Made by a program: the position numbers and the translations under genes
The notes under the pieces: generated by a model
The model's input: the letters and a program-made list of their open reading frames with translations, nothing else
Databases searched by the model: none
What the model was told of the DNA's origin: nothing
From: a virus
DNA: 64,000 nt
Strand: one strand, 5' to 3'
IMG/VR virus record: IMGVR_UViG_3300032223_003493
Location: 18,882-82,881 of that record
In this document: positions 20,527-29,600 of the stretch, piece after piece
Layout of the letters: each line of letters begins with the position of its first letter
Numbering within the stretch: position 1 is the first letter of the stretch

Positions 20527-20677
20527 TTTTTCTTCCTTCTAGTTTTCTCTTTTTTTACACCCATTAATAATGGGAATTAACATTTAATATTAAAATGATT
20601 ATTAACGTTAATCTTTAAAAGAAAATTGTTTTTTAAAATATTAAAATTAAATTGTTGCTACAATATGCAAAAACAAT

Positions 20678-21787
20678 TTACCCTCCAGTACCAATATTCC
20701 AGATATATCTGAAAAATCTACTTCTTCCTCCAGGCATATTAAACTCTGGTACAACAACTGATTTGATTCCAGGGTAGAAAGCAATAGGTAATTTTTCTAA
20801 CATCTTTTCAAATTCTTCTTTGTACATTGTAGCTGATTGTCTTAAATCATCAGTAATTCTTGCATCAGGATCTTCTATAAGTAATCTTCGTTGTCTGTTT
20901 GTCAAGCTTGTTAGTAAACTTCTTAAGATGTAATATGCTGCTCCGTACACTAATGCTGGATCATAGAAGTAAGGAGCATCACTGACTTTTTGATATTTTC
21001 TAGAACCTGGTTGAGAATTTATTGTTTGTAATGCCATATATAAGCTACTGTTCATATGATCATTTGTAATCATTTTTATGCTGTAGGAAACAAGAACATT
21101 ATCATAGCTTTGAATTTCAACAGGATTACCATTTGAATCAATAAAATATATGTTTCCCATAAAATCATACTTAACCAAAAGACCATTTGGGTAGTTATGT
21201 CCTCCAGAATATTGAGATTCATAACCATCTCTGTTTTTTATTATTGGGTCATAAGTAGTATTAATTGTTGAATAAATTGGAACTGTCTCCGACAATTGAA
21301 TCAATGGATCTCTATCGCCTTGATTTGAAGGTCCACTTATTCTGACTTCTGGTTTTGGTACAGAATTCCAAAATGGAAATGCTACTGACCCAACACTTCT
21401 ATTTCTTCTGAAAATTACTTCTTCGTCGTAGATAGGAATGTTCAAAAGATGCTCTAATTCGTACCTTAAACTACTTTTTACGAGTAATTCATCTCCTAGC
21501 ATTGGTGAGGAAGTATTTAGTACATTTCCGCTTGAATCTACCTCTTGAATTCTGTAATAGTCTGAAGGGGATCCGTTAGTGTCTACACCTTCATTTGTTG
21601 GGAATGGTACTGTTGCTATTGTTGTGTAAGTACCTTCAAAATTGGAACTTTTTTGAATTTTGTAAAAGGCAACATTTTGTGCACCACTTCTTTCCCATTC
21701 AATAAAAATTCCTGGGTTTGATGGTTGTGAATTGTAATAAACTAATGTACTGTTGCTAAATGATTGAGCTGAAAAATCTTGTGCCAT
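20678..21787 (-). CDS. Putative neck/head-tail adaptor protein with N-terminal Fn3-like domain; start corrected to 21787 (MAQDF)
   Basis: GGAGTAAAT ribosome-binding site directly before the ATG at 21787; the ORF-track start (21817) lies inside a terminator hairpin. N-terminal IEWE...YKIQKS...YYRIQEVD is Fn3-like; C-terminus is helical (LVYGAAYYILRSL). Confidence 0.5.
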   Translation of the reverse strand: MAQDFSAQSFSNSTLVYYNSQPSNPGIFIEWERSGAQNVAFYKIQKSSNFEGTYTTIATVPFPTNEGVDTNGSPSDYYRIQEVDSSGNVLNTSSPMLGDELLVKSSLRYELEHLLNIPIYDEEVIFRRNRSVGSVAFPFWNSVPKPEVRISGPSNQGDRDPLIQLSETVPIYSTINTTYDPIIKNRDGYESQYSGGHNYPNGLLVKYDFMGNIYFIDSNGNPVEIQSYDNVLVSYSIKMITNDHMNSSLYMALQTINSQPGSRKYQKVSDAPYFYDPALVYGAAYYILRSLLTSLTNRQRRLLIEDPDARITDDLRQSATMYKEEFEKMLEKLPIAFYPGIKSVVVPEFNMPGGRSRFFRYIWNIGTGG

Positions 21788-21796
21788 ATTTACTCC

Positions 21797-21833
21797 AAAA
21801 AAATAAAGGCCACCCAACTGGATAGCCTTTATT
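21797..21833 (-). terminator. Rho-independent terminator
   Basis: Minus strand AATAAAGGCTATCC-AGTT-GGGTGGCCTTTATT followed by TTTTT; 14-bp stem with two G-U pairs that form only on the minus strand. Confidence 0.8.
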
Positions 21834-21851
21834 CAGTCTAGATTAAATTTT

Positions 21852-22637
21852 CTAAACTCTTCTGATTGAGCCCTCTTCTGCGTCGCCCATATCTGCTTCT
21901 AAATCAATAGCATCAGCAATTGCATCATAGCCATCGTCGCCAGTATCGTTATAATCAAAATCAGCTCCAGCAACTCTTCTATCACGATTGTAGTTAGTCA
22001 TCTGTACTTCACGAACACTTGATCCTCTAACTGCATCATTAGGAGGCTCAGCTACAAAAGCTCTTCCTTTTGTTTCTACTCCAGAGACAGAACTATTTGC
22101 ATCTAGATTTTTTTGCTGAGCTAAAAGTTGGTTAATAATCCCTGGATTTCTTTGAACTCTTTCTGCAAATTGCTCTACTGATAAATCTTCTCCTTGAAGT
22201 TCAGCTTGTGTTTGCGCAATATCTAAAGCCATTGCGTAAGAAAGGGAATCATTAGCATAGCCAGCAGTAGTAACATTATTATCTTTGTTTGAATAAGCTT
22301 TTTCTGCATCAATACTTTCTGCTTCAATTGTTTTGCCATCGACATCAACAGTTCTGAGATTATTGTTATTTTGCTGCTTAAGGAGTTCTTTCTTTCCCTT
22401 AATAGCTGCCTTTTCTTCAATATTGTCAAATTGTTCTGGAGTTATTTTTCTCAAAAGTCCTAGTCGCAATGAATTTCTAAGGTCTTTAGAAGCCTTGACA
22501 ACTTTAGGATCTTCCCAAGTAAGATCGATGGCTTGTAGAGGACCAAAGTTCAATCTAATATCACTTACATAATGAGGGCCAAGAGTTACATTTTGCACAA
22601 TAAATGATTCTGGCTCTTGATTTACACTTTCATTCAT
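21852..22637 (-). CDS. Hypothetical phage protein (261 aa), acidic C-terminus
   Basis: AAGGA ribosome-binding site, followed by a terminator; codon usage somewhat less AT-rich than neighbours. Confidence 0.6.
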   Translation of the reverse strand: MNESVNQEPESFIVQNVTLGPHYVSDIRLNFGPLQAIDLTWEDPKVVKASKDLRNSLRLGLLRKITPEQFDNIEEKAAIKGKKELLKQQNNNNLRTVDVDGKTIEAESIDAEKAYSNKDNNVTTAGYANDSLSYAMALDIAQTQAELQGEDLSVEQFAERVQRNPGIINQLLAQQKNLDANSSVSGVETKGRAFVAEPPNDAVRGSSVREVQMTNYNRDRRVAGADFDYNDTGDDGYDAIADAIDLEADMGDAEEGSIRRV

Positions 22638-22640
22638 ATT

Positions 22641-22985
22641 TTAATCCTTTTTATTTACAGGTAAAGATGTTATACCGTCCAACCCTTCTTTTCCGGTCCA
22701 ATACTCATTTGATTTAGCCTCTCTAGAAGTTGGGTCATAAGAGTTTTTTCTAACTGACTTTTGGTCTTTAACAAATTCTGTCATTTGTTTTCGTTTCACA
22801 GTGGTTCCGAATTGTTTTTCTTTTGCTGTCAAACCCTCTTGAACAGTAAAGCTATTAAAAATTCTTTTTGCTTCTCCAACTCCACAAGGGCAAGGAATTG
22901 TAGGATTGTATTCACTAAAAGAAAGAGATATTGTGAATGTTTTAGGTTCATTTGAGCATTCACATAAGTATTCGTATCTAGGCAT
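22641..22985 (-). CDS. FmdB-family zinc ribbon protein
   Basis: MPRYEYLCEC...F...CPCG...KRIF matches the FmdB/CxxC_CxxC_SSSS pattern. Confidence 0.8.
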   Translation of the reverse strand: MPRYEYLCECSNEPKTFTISLSFSEYNPTIPCPCGVGEAKRIFNSFTVQEGLTAKEKQFGTTVKRKQMTEFVKDQKSVRKNSYDPTSREAKSNEYWTGKEGLDGITSLPVNKKD

Positions 22986-23062
22986 GTTTTGTTATTTGAA
23001 GTTAGAGATATACAGGTATTTGTACAATATCTTTCGAAATCTTATATAAGGAGTACTCAAAA

Positions 23063-23239
23063 ATGAGTTCAGAAATTACAGACGCAGGAACAACCCATCA
23101 TATGTATTGTGTTAAGTGCAGAACTATGGTAATGGTTTCAGCTCCTAAAAAAATTGTTATGAAGAGCAGTAGACACGCACTTCAAGGCAAATGCCCTCAC
23201 TGTTCTACATCTACTTTTAAAATTACAAAAGCAGAATAA
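23063..23239 (+). CDS. Small zinc-binding protein, DUF5679-like (58 aa; absent from the ORF track)
   Basis: AAGGAG ribosome-binding site at 23048-23053. Translates MSSEITDAGTTHHMYCVKCRTMVMVSAPKKIVMKSSRHALQGKCPHCSTSTFKITKAE. Confidence 0.85.
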   Translation: MSSEITDAGTTHHMYCVKCRTMVMVSAPKKIVMKSSRHALQGKCPHCSTSTFKITKAE

Positions 23240-23244
23240 TTCCT

Positions 23245-25938
23245 ATGAAATTTGTATTCAATGATAGTTTGACAGCATCGATATCAGTTAGTGATCAAAA
23301 TCTAACTGATATTCGTTTTGTACCTAGTGGCATCATTTTAGAGAAAAAGATTGTCACTTCAGCAACTCTCAATAATCTTGACGAGTTGTTTGAAGCAATA
23401 AAGGGTTTCAAAACAGAAAAGGATGTGTTAAATTTTATTAAAACTAGCACTGATGCTCAAAATATCTTGAAAAACCCAGAAGATTTATTTAAATTTTCCA
23501 AAAAATTGCATTCAATGTTTGGTAGTAGCAGTTCTGGAGGTTCTTCCTTATCAGATCCTGTTGCAATAGCTAATCAAATGATAGGCGCTTCAGCTGATGA
23601 AGCAGGAGAACCAGCATCTCGTTTTGCTCCTTATTTATCTTCAAAAGATCAAATTATTGCAAGACTTAAGCCATTTATGTCAGATAAACAAATTGGTGAT
23701 CTTTTTTACAAATTTGAAGAAGTAGTAAAACTTCCATTTACAGAAATTATTGGCATCTTAGAATATTGTATTCAGCAATCTAGATCTTGTAATGCCAAAG
23801 TAAAAGATTTAATTGATTTTTATATTGACCATTACTCACAAAAACGCCAAGGTGCAAATACAAAAAGAATTATTGAAACTGCTTGTCAGTATCAAAAATT
23901 AAATCCTACAGTTGATATATTTTCTGTTTTAAGAGATGCTGTTCACGGAAATCAACCAAAAGTTGGTTTGGGATACTTATCAAAAGACCCTGATGCTCAA
24001 TTAGTTTTTGATAACTTAATTATGTTATCGCAAGCTAGTTTGCCTGAACAAGATGAAGAAATCAGAAGAAGATTCCAAGCAAGTAGAGACGCTTTGCAAA
24101 ACCAAGAACAAAAAATCAATATGCAAAGAGCTATTTACGACATGATGAAAACTGAAGAAAGAAATCTTCAGCTTGCAAAAATGATCAAAGGCCTTGGTTC
24201 TACATTCGAGTTTTTACTCACCCAGCCAATGTATAGAGCATTGAAAGATATGTACTATAATTTGAGTGCTGGAAGAATATTGATGAATCAAACTGCAAGT
24301 ATTTTTGGCGGTGATACATCTCCAGAAAATAGAAGAGTCAAGCCTAGCGAACAACAAGCTGAGAATGAAAATACTTTTCCTCAAATTCCAGAAAATAAAC
24401 AACCATTTTCAAATAGTCAATACAATTTTCTTAAGTTGGCTAGCCCAGAAGTTTCTAAACATATATATGCTCAAACTGCTCCCACTACTACACCAGAACA
24501 GAAGAAAGAAGCTGAAAATGGCTTAACTAGAATTTGGCAATCTGTAAGAGAAACAGCAAATAAAGTCATACAAACAATAAAAGAAAAATTGTCACAAACT
24601 GGGCAAGTTATAGATAATGCTTGGCAAAATATTATTGGAAGAATTGCAAACTTTTTCAAGGCGCTTGAAAATGCTGTCAAAAGCTTACTTAATCAAATTG
24701 CTTCAAATACAATAACTTTTGAAAGTGTTGCAAAAGCTTTTAGTGGAGTACTTGAGTTACTCCAAGGCGGAACTGGATTTGAACAAAGTTCTACTAAAAT
24801 TGCATCAGTTGATATAAATAGAACTTCTCAAAGAGCCCCTCAACAAGGCACTACATACCCTGGTGGAAATAAAGCCAATCAAATTGCCCTTAATACTATT
24901 GGATTACTATCACAAATAGGTGGTTTTATTATTGGTGCAATTGGAATTGAAAGAGGAGTGGCAGTTGCTATAGGCGAAAGAAATTGGCCAGCTATTGTAA
25001 ATGCTATATTGCCTGTAATGTCAATTTTTATTTCCAATTTACAAGAATTTTTATTACAAACTAACGCAATTGGTAAAAATGCTCCTCAAAGTTCAATGTT
25101 CTTTGACCCAAAAACTGGCAAAATGACTCAACAAGGTTTGCAAATTATGGCAAACAATCAAGAGACTATGATTTCTCTAGGAATAGCAGATGAAGATGCT
25201 ATGGCCTTAAGTAAATTTAGAATTCAAAAGCAAGAACTCATGTCTCAATTATCAAAAAAAGAAAGTAGCCTAGAACTTTCAGAATCACAAACAATTCAAA
25301 CTGGTGGTGGCAATAAAGAAACTACTGTTGGAGACTTGCCTGCTGATTTTCAAGTCAAGCTTAAAGATTTTCTAGATTTTTGTGAAAAAGTTGAATTACA
25401 ATTTAAAGCAGCTCTAAATATATTTAGAAATGCAATTAATAATAATCAACAAAATTATAATGATGTTCAAAAAACTCAAGCGCAAGGATTGTTAGCTGAG
25501 TTTGAAAAGGATTTGAAAGAAGTTCAAGCAAAAAAATCAGAATGGTCTAGTATGAAAAATATTGCAGGTCATATGATGCGAAAAAGAATTTTATTGCAAA
25601 AATTAAAACCATTGCAAACTCAATTAGACACATTGAAAAAATTGGGTATTCCAATGTCTAATATCATAGCTTCACCAAATGGAATTTTATCTCAAGTTGG
25701 TAGAATTAGAAGCGAAGAACAACAAGCATTAGATAAATTGAGAAAAGAATATCACGAAAAAATGCAACTTTTGAAGAATCCAGACATAATTGCTCCAATG
25801 ATGCAATATCCAACTGATACCGGAATGACTAAATTACCTGAGAGTAAAGATCAATCAAATACAAATAAATCTCCTTTTGATGCACCTAAAGATTCACAAT
25901 TCAAGATAAAAGAAGAAGACAATACTGGAGTTGAATAA
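23245..25938 (+). CDS. Large alpha-helical/coiled-coil protein with a central hydrophobic hairpin; candidate ejection or tape-measure-type protein
   Basis: Q/K/E-rich helical sequence, amphipathic IWQSV...AWQNI...FFKAL segment, hydrophobic stretch at about 24883-25041. Confidence 0.5.
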   Translation: MKFVFNDSLTASISVSDQNLTDIRFVPSGIILEKKIVTSATLNNLDELFEAIKGFKTEKDVLNFIKTSTDAQNILKNPEDLFKFSKKLHSMFGSSSSGGSSLSDPVAIANQMIGASADEAGEPASRFAPYLSSKDQIIARLKPFMSDKQIGDLFYKFEEVVKLPFTEIIGILEYCIQQSRSCNAKVKDLIDFYIDHYSQKRQGANTKRIIETACQYQKLNPTVDIFSVLRDAVHGNQPKVGLGYLSKDPDAQLVFDNLIMLSQASLPEQDEEIRRRFQASRDALQNQEQKINMQRAIYDMMKTEERNLQLAKMIKGLGSTFEFLLTQPMYRALKDMYYNLSAGRILMNQTASIFGGDTSPENRRVKPSEQQAENENTFPQIPENKQPFSNSQYNFLKLASPEVSKHIYAQTAPTTTPEQKKEAENGLTRIWQSVRETANKVIQTIKEKLSQTGQVIDNAWQNIIGRIANFFKALENAVKSLLNQIASNTITFESVAKAFSGVLELLQGGTGFEQSSTKIASVDINRTSQRAPQQGTTYPGGNKANQIALNTIGLLSQIGGFIIGAIGIERGVAVAIGERNWPAIVNAILPVMSIFISNLQEFLLQTNAIGKNAPQSSMFFDPKTGKMTQQGLQIMANNQETMISLGIADEDAMALSKFRIQKQELMSQLSKKESSLELSESQTIQTGGGNKETTVGDLPADFQVKLKDFLDFCEKVELQFKAALNIFRNAINNNQQNYNDVQKTQAQGLLAEFEKDLKEVQAKKSEWSSMKNIAGHMMRKRILLQKLKPLQTQLDTLKKLGIPMSNIIASPNGILSQVGRIRSEEQQALDKLRKEYHEKMQLLKNPDIIAPMMQYPTDTGMTKLPESKDQSNTNKSPFDAPKDSQFKIKEEDNTGVE

Positions 25939-26582
25939 TGTTTAGAAAAATTTATGCTCAAATTGATGAATATATAACAACTTTGTCTAAATCTGATTTT
26001 GACAAAAATGAATCAAAGATTGATCAAGAAATTAAAAATATTGAAAAAAAAATTCCTACAGACCAACAAATTTTAGTAAATGTTAATTTCAATAATAAAA
26101 AACAATCTCTTGAAGATTATTTGAAATTATTAAAGCAACAAAAAGCTGATTTGGAAGAAAAGAAAAAAGTTGGTCAGATGTATGATTCTTCTTTATTTCA
26201 AGGCATTGGAAGTAAAAATGTTGATGTTTCTACTGAAGAAGGCCGTGAAAGCTTGAAAAGAGATATAGCAGCTCTTGAAAAACAGATACAAGTTAGAGAA
26301 CAAACATTAGCAGAAATAGACAATTATGTAGTTACTTTGCTTACTGGAGAAATGGGACAATTGAATATCGCACACACTAATTCAAAATTTGTAAAGATTG
26401 CTGATAAACCATCAGAAGAAGAAGTTTTAGAGCCTGTTCAAGAATACTTTGATAAACTTTATGATGATACTCCAGGTAGCCCAAACTACGGTAAGCTCAT
26501 GACTCATCCTGAAAAGCATAGAAATGAACTTTCCACAGAAGCGCAAACACAAACCTCAAAACCAAAGTTCAAAAAGAAATAA
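25938..26582 (+). CDS. Coiled-coil hypothetical protein (214 aa)
   Basis: GGAG ribosome-binding site, TAATG coupling, heptad-like segments. Confidence 0.6.
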   Translation: MFRKIYAQIDEYITTLSKSDFDKNESKIDQEIKNIEKKIPTDQQILVNVNFNNKKQSLEDYLKLLKQQKADLEEKKKVGQMYDSSLFQGIGSKNVDVSTEEGRESLKRDIAALEKQIQVREQTLAEIDNYVVTLLTGEMGQLNIAHTNSKFVKIADKPSEEEVLEPVQEYFDKLYDDTPGSPNYGKLMTHPEKHRNELSTEAQTQTSKPKFKKK

Positions 26583-26601
26583 TATCTTTTACAATTAATT
26601 T

Positions 26602-29600
26602 ATGTCAGATATTGATTTTATCGAATATGATAAAATTTCAATTAAGTCAGACGCTTTTATTTCGTCTGATGAATTAAATTGTTATTTTCAATATATACCT
26701 TCTACTAAAGCAATTTCTTATAATATTAAGAAAGAATTGCATACTGCTGGCACGACTGAAGATCCCAACGACTATAAAGTTCCTGATGTTTCTCAAAAAA
26801 TTCTTCCAAGAAAACTTTATAGAATAAATCCTTTTCACACAAATTATTCTGAAAATTTAGAACTTAATAAAATAAACACTGACCCTGATATTATTTATCC
26901 AACTAAAATAAAAGAACACAGAGAAAAGATTATAGATTACAGTGCTTTTGGTTTAAATTCAGATCAAATTGAATTTATGATGGCATTACAAAATCTAAGA
27001 TCCTTGAAAACTGATGAGTCAATTAAGAAGCTAGATATAGAACAATTTGAAGCTGTAGATGAAAAAGTTATGAATGGCTTTTTTCAAATTTATCCAAGAT
27101 TTATGGAGATGATGTCTACAGGAATTTCAAGTGGTTTTAATCAGTTCTATGAAGATACAGAAACTACTGAATCTATTCATGAAAATGAAGCTTTGATCAA
27201 TGATAGTTTAAAAAAATTAGGCCTGAATCCAAGTGAAGTCAGAGTAAAAAAAAAATTTGAAGTAAGATCTGGCAATGCTAATAAAAATGAAGTGAATTCA
27301 TATCTTCAGGATATTTCATTATCAAACAATACTTCTAATAACACAAGATCTATCAACAACAATTCTATCACTAATGTAAATCAATTAAATTTACAAAATA
27401 ATAATAAAATAGAATTACAAGTTCGTTCTTCCAAAACTGTCAACAATATTAGAACAGCAAATAATACTGATTTTAATTTCATCAGTAATAATAACAAAAC
27501 AATAAATCAACAAATAAATAATGTAAGCAAATTTTCTGAAGCTACTAAAATTGATTTTGAAAATTTATATAAATCTTTTCTGAAGGACTTGAATATAGCG
27601 CCAAATGTTGAAAATCAATTCTTCAAAATAGTCAATCAATATAGTAAAAACCTAAGTATTGAGTTTAATAGAATTTTAAATCATTCTGAAAAAACAGTTT
27701 ATGAAACAAATTTAAAAAACTTATCAACATCATATAATTTCTATAGACACATTGAAAATAGATATAGAGAATTTATTCAAAACTTAAATTTCTTCAATGA
27801 AACAGTTCAACAAATTAAGCAAACTGAAGTCAATCTCAAGAATACTTATCAAAATATTCATAGACACAGTGTTACTCATAAAAACAATCATTATAAGAAC
27901 ATTGTCAATCTTACAAAAAATGTCAATTATGAATATACTGCCAATGATTATGAATTCCAATATGCTGTTCTTAAAACTATTAAAAACAGTAATCAGTATG
28001 TTGAAAATAAAATCACAAAGATTAAAAATGACCTCAATGTAGCTCAACAAAATATTTCTTTTGTTCATCATAGAATGGTTCACATTCAAGAAAAAACAAG
28101 TAATTTTGTGGCAAAAGAGATAAAGAATGTTCTCAATAATACAGATTATATTGATGAATATTCAAACATCATTGTCAATAAAATAAGCAATATATCAAAC
28201 AATCAAACAGTTAGGGCATTATTATCATTAGTTACTAACGAAGAGCAACTCAATAGTATTTACACAGTGTTGAGGCAAAGCAATATCAACACTTCTAATA
28301 TCAAGAATTTAGTAGATGTTATAAATTATTCTAAAAATAATAATTTGGAAATTACAAAAGTTTCAAGCGCCACAATAGAAAATATCAAGAACTTAGTAAA
28401 TCTTTCCAAAAATATTGTTGATTTTAACAACACTGAAAACAAGATAATTCATAATGTTGATAAAAATATTGTTAATAAATTGTCCTCAATAAATGTTAAT
28501 GAATTCAAATCTTTTGTAAATCTTTCAGAATCTAAATCTTTTGTAAATTTTGCCAAAAGCATAAGTAGCATAACCAATCAAGATGTTAATAATTTATTAT
28601 CATTATCTGCTAATACTAACAATATAAAAAATCTTTATTCTTTGTCAAAACACAGCGCAATAGATCTTAATAATATTGAAAATTTATATAAAATAATAAA
28701 CTTTTCAAAAAATAATAATTTCGATATTACAAGAGTTAGTGGATCAACAATAGAGAATATAAATAATTTAGTAAATCTGACAAACAATCAGTTAGTATCA
28801 AAGGTTGATCAAAATATTATTAATAAAATGTCTTCATCTAATTTCAATGAAGAATTTAAGTCTTTTGTCAATTTATCAGAATCAAAATCTTTCACCAGAA
28901 TTGCGCAGAGTTATAAGAACATTTCAAATATTTTTGAAAATCTGAATACAATTTCTGTTAGCCCTAAATTATCTACAATTTATTTGGATCAGAAAAAGGT
29001 AGAAAATCTTAGTGTTATTCAAAATTTAAGAAATGTTCAGCAAATTAAAGAGTTGTCTCAAATTGTAAATCAATCCAGTACATCTTACATTTTAGAAAAA
29101 TTATCCAATTTTAATACTGAAAATATTACAGAAAAAATTAATTTACTTAAGAATATTAATATAACTCAAGATGTCAAGAAAACTGAAAATGTTGTTAGAA
29201 AAATAACTAGACTTGCTAGATATAACAATGTCAATCAAATTACAGAAAATCTTGATGAAATAACAAATATAGACAAGAATATCAGCACCACTCAATTCAA
29301 AACTGAAATACAAAATTTAAAAAATCTTATCAATATAACTAAAAATGTAGATCAAGTTAATGTAGATAACATTAGTAAAATTGATGTATCCAAGTTAAAT
29401 AATATAAAAGTTTCACAGTTCAATTTATTGTTAGATAACATCACTCAACTATCTAAGATAAGTCAGGTAAGAAATCTGACCGAAGAACACTTGGGTGTAA
29501 TTAAGAAAATTAGTCAAATTCAAAATATAAACCAACTTCAAAATGTTGATCAGAATACAATCCAGAAAATAAATCAACTTCAAAATATAAACCAACTTCA

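Noticed and set aside
21788-21817. ORF-track N-terminal extension MGGLYFFGVN
   Set aside because: It lies within the terminator hairpin; the ATG at 21787 has a GGAG ribosome-binding site.
27246-27255. A10 homopolymer as a phase-variation or frameshift site
   Set aside because: The ORF is intact (VKKKF), such runs are expected at this AT content, and I saw no useful alternative-frame product.
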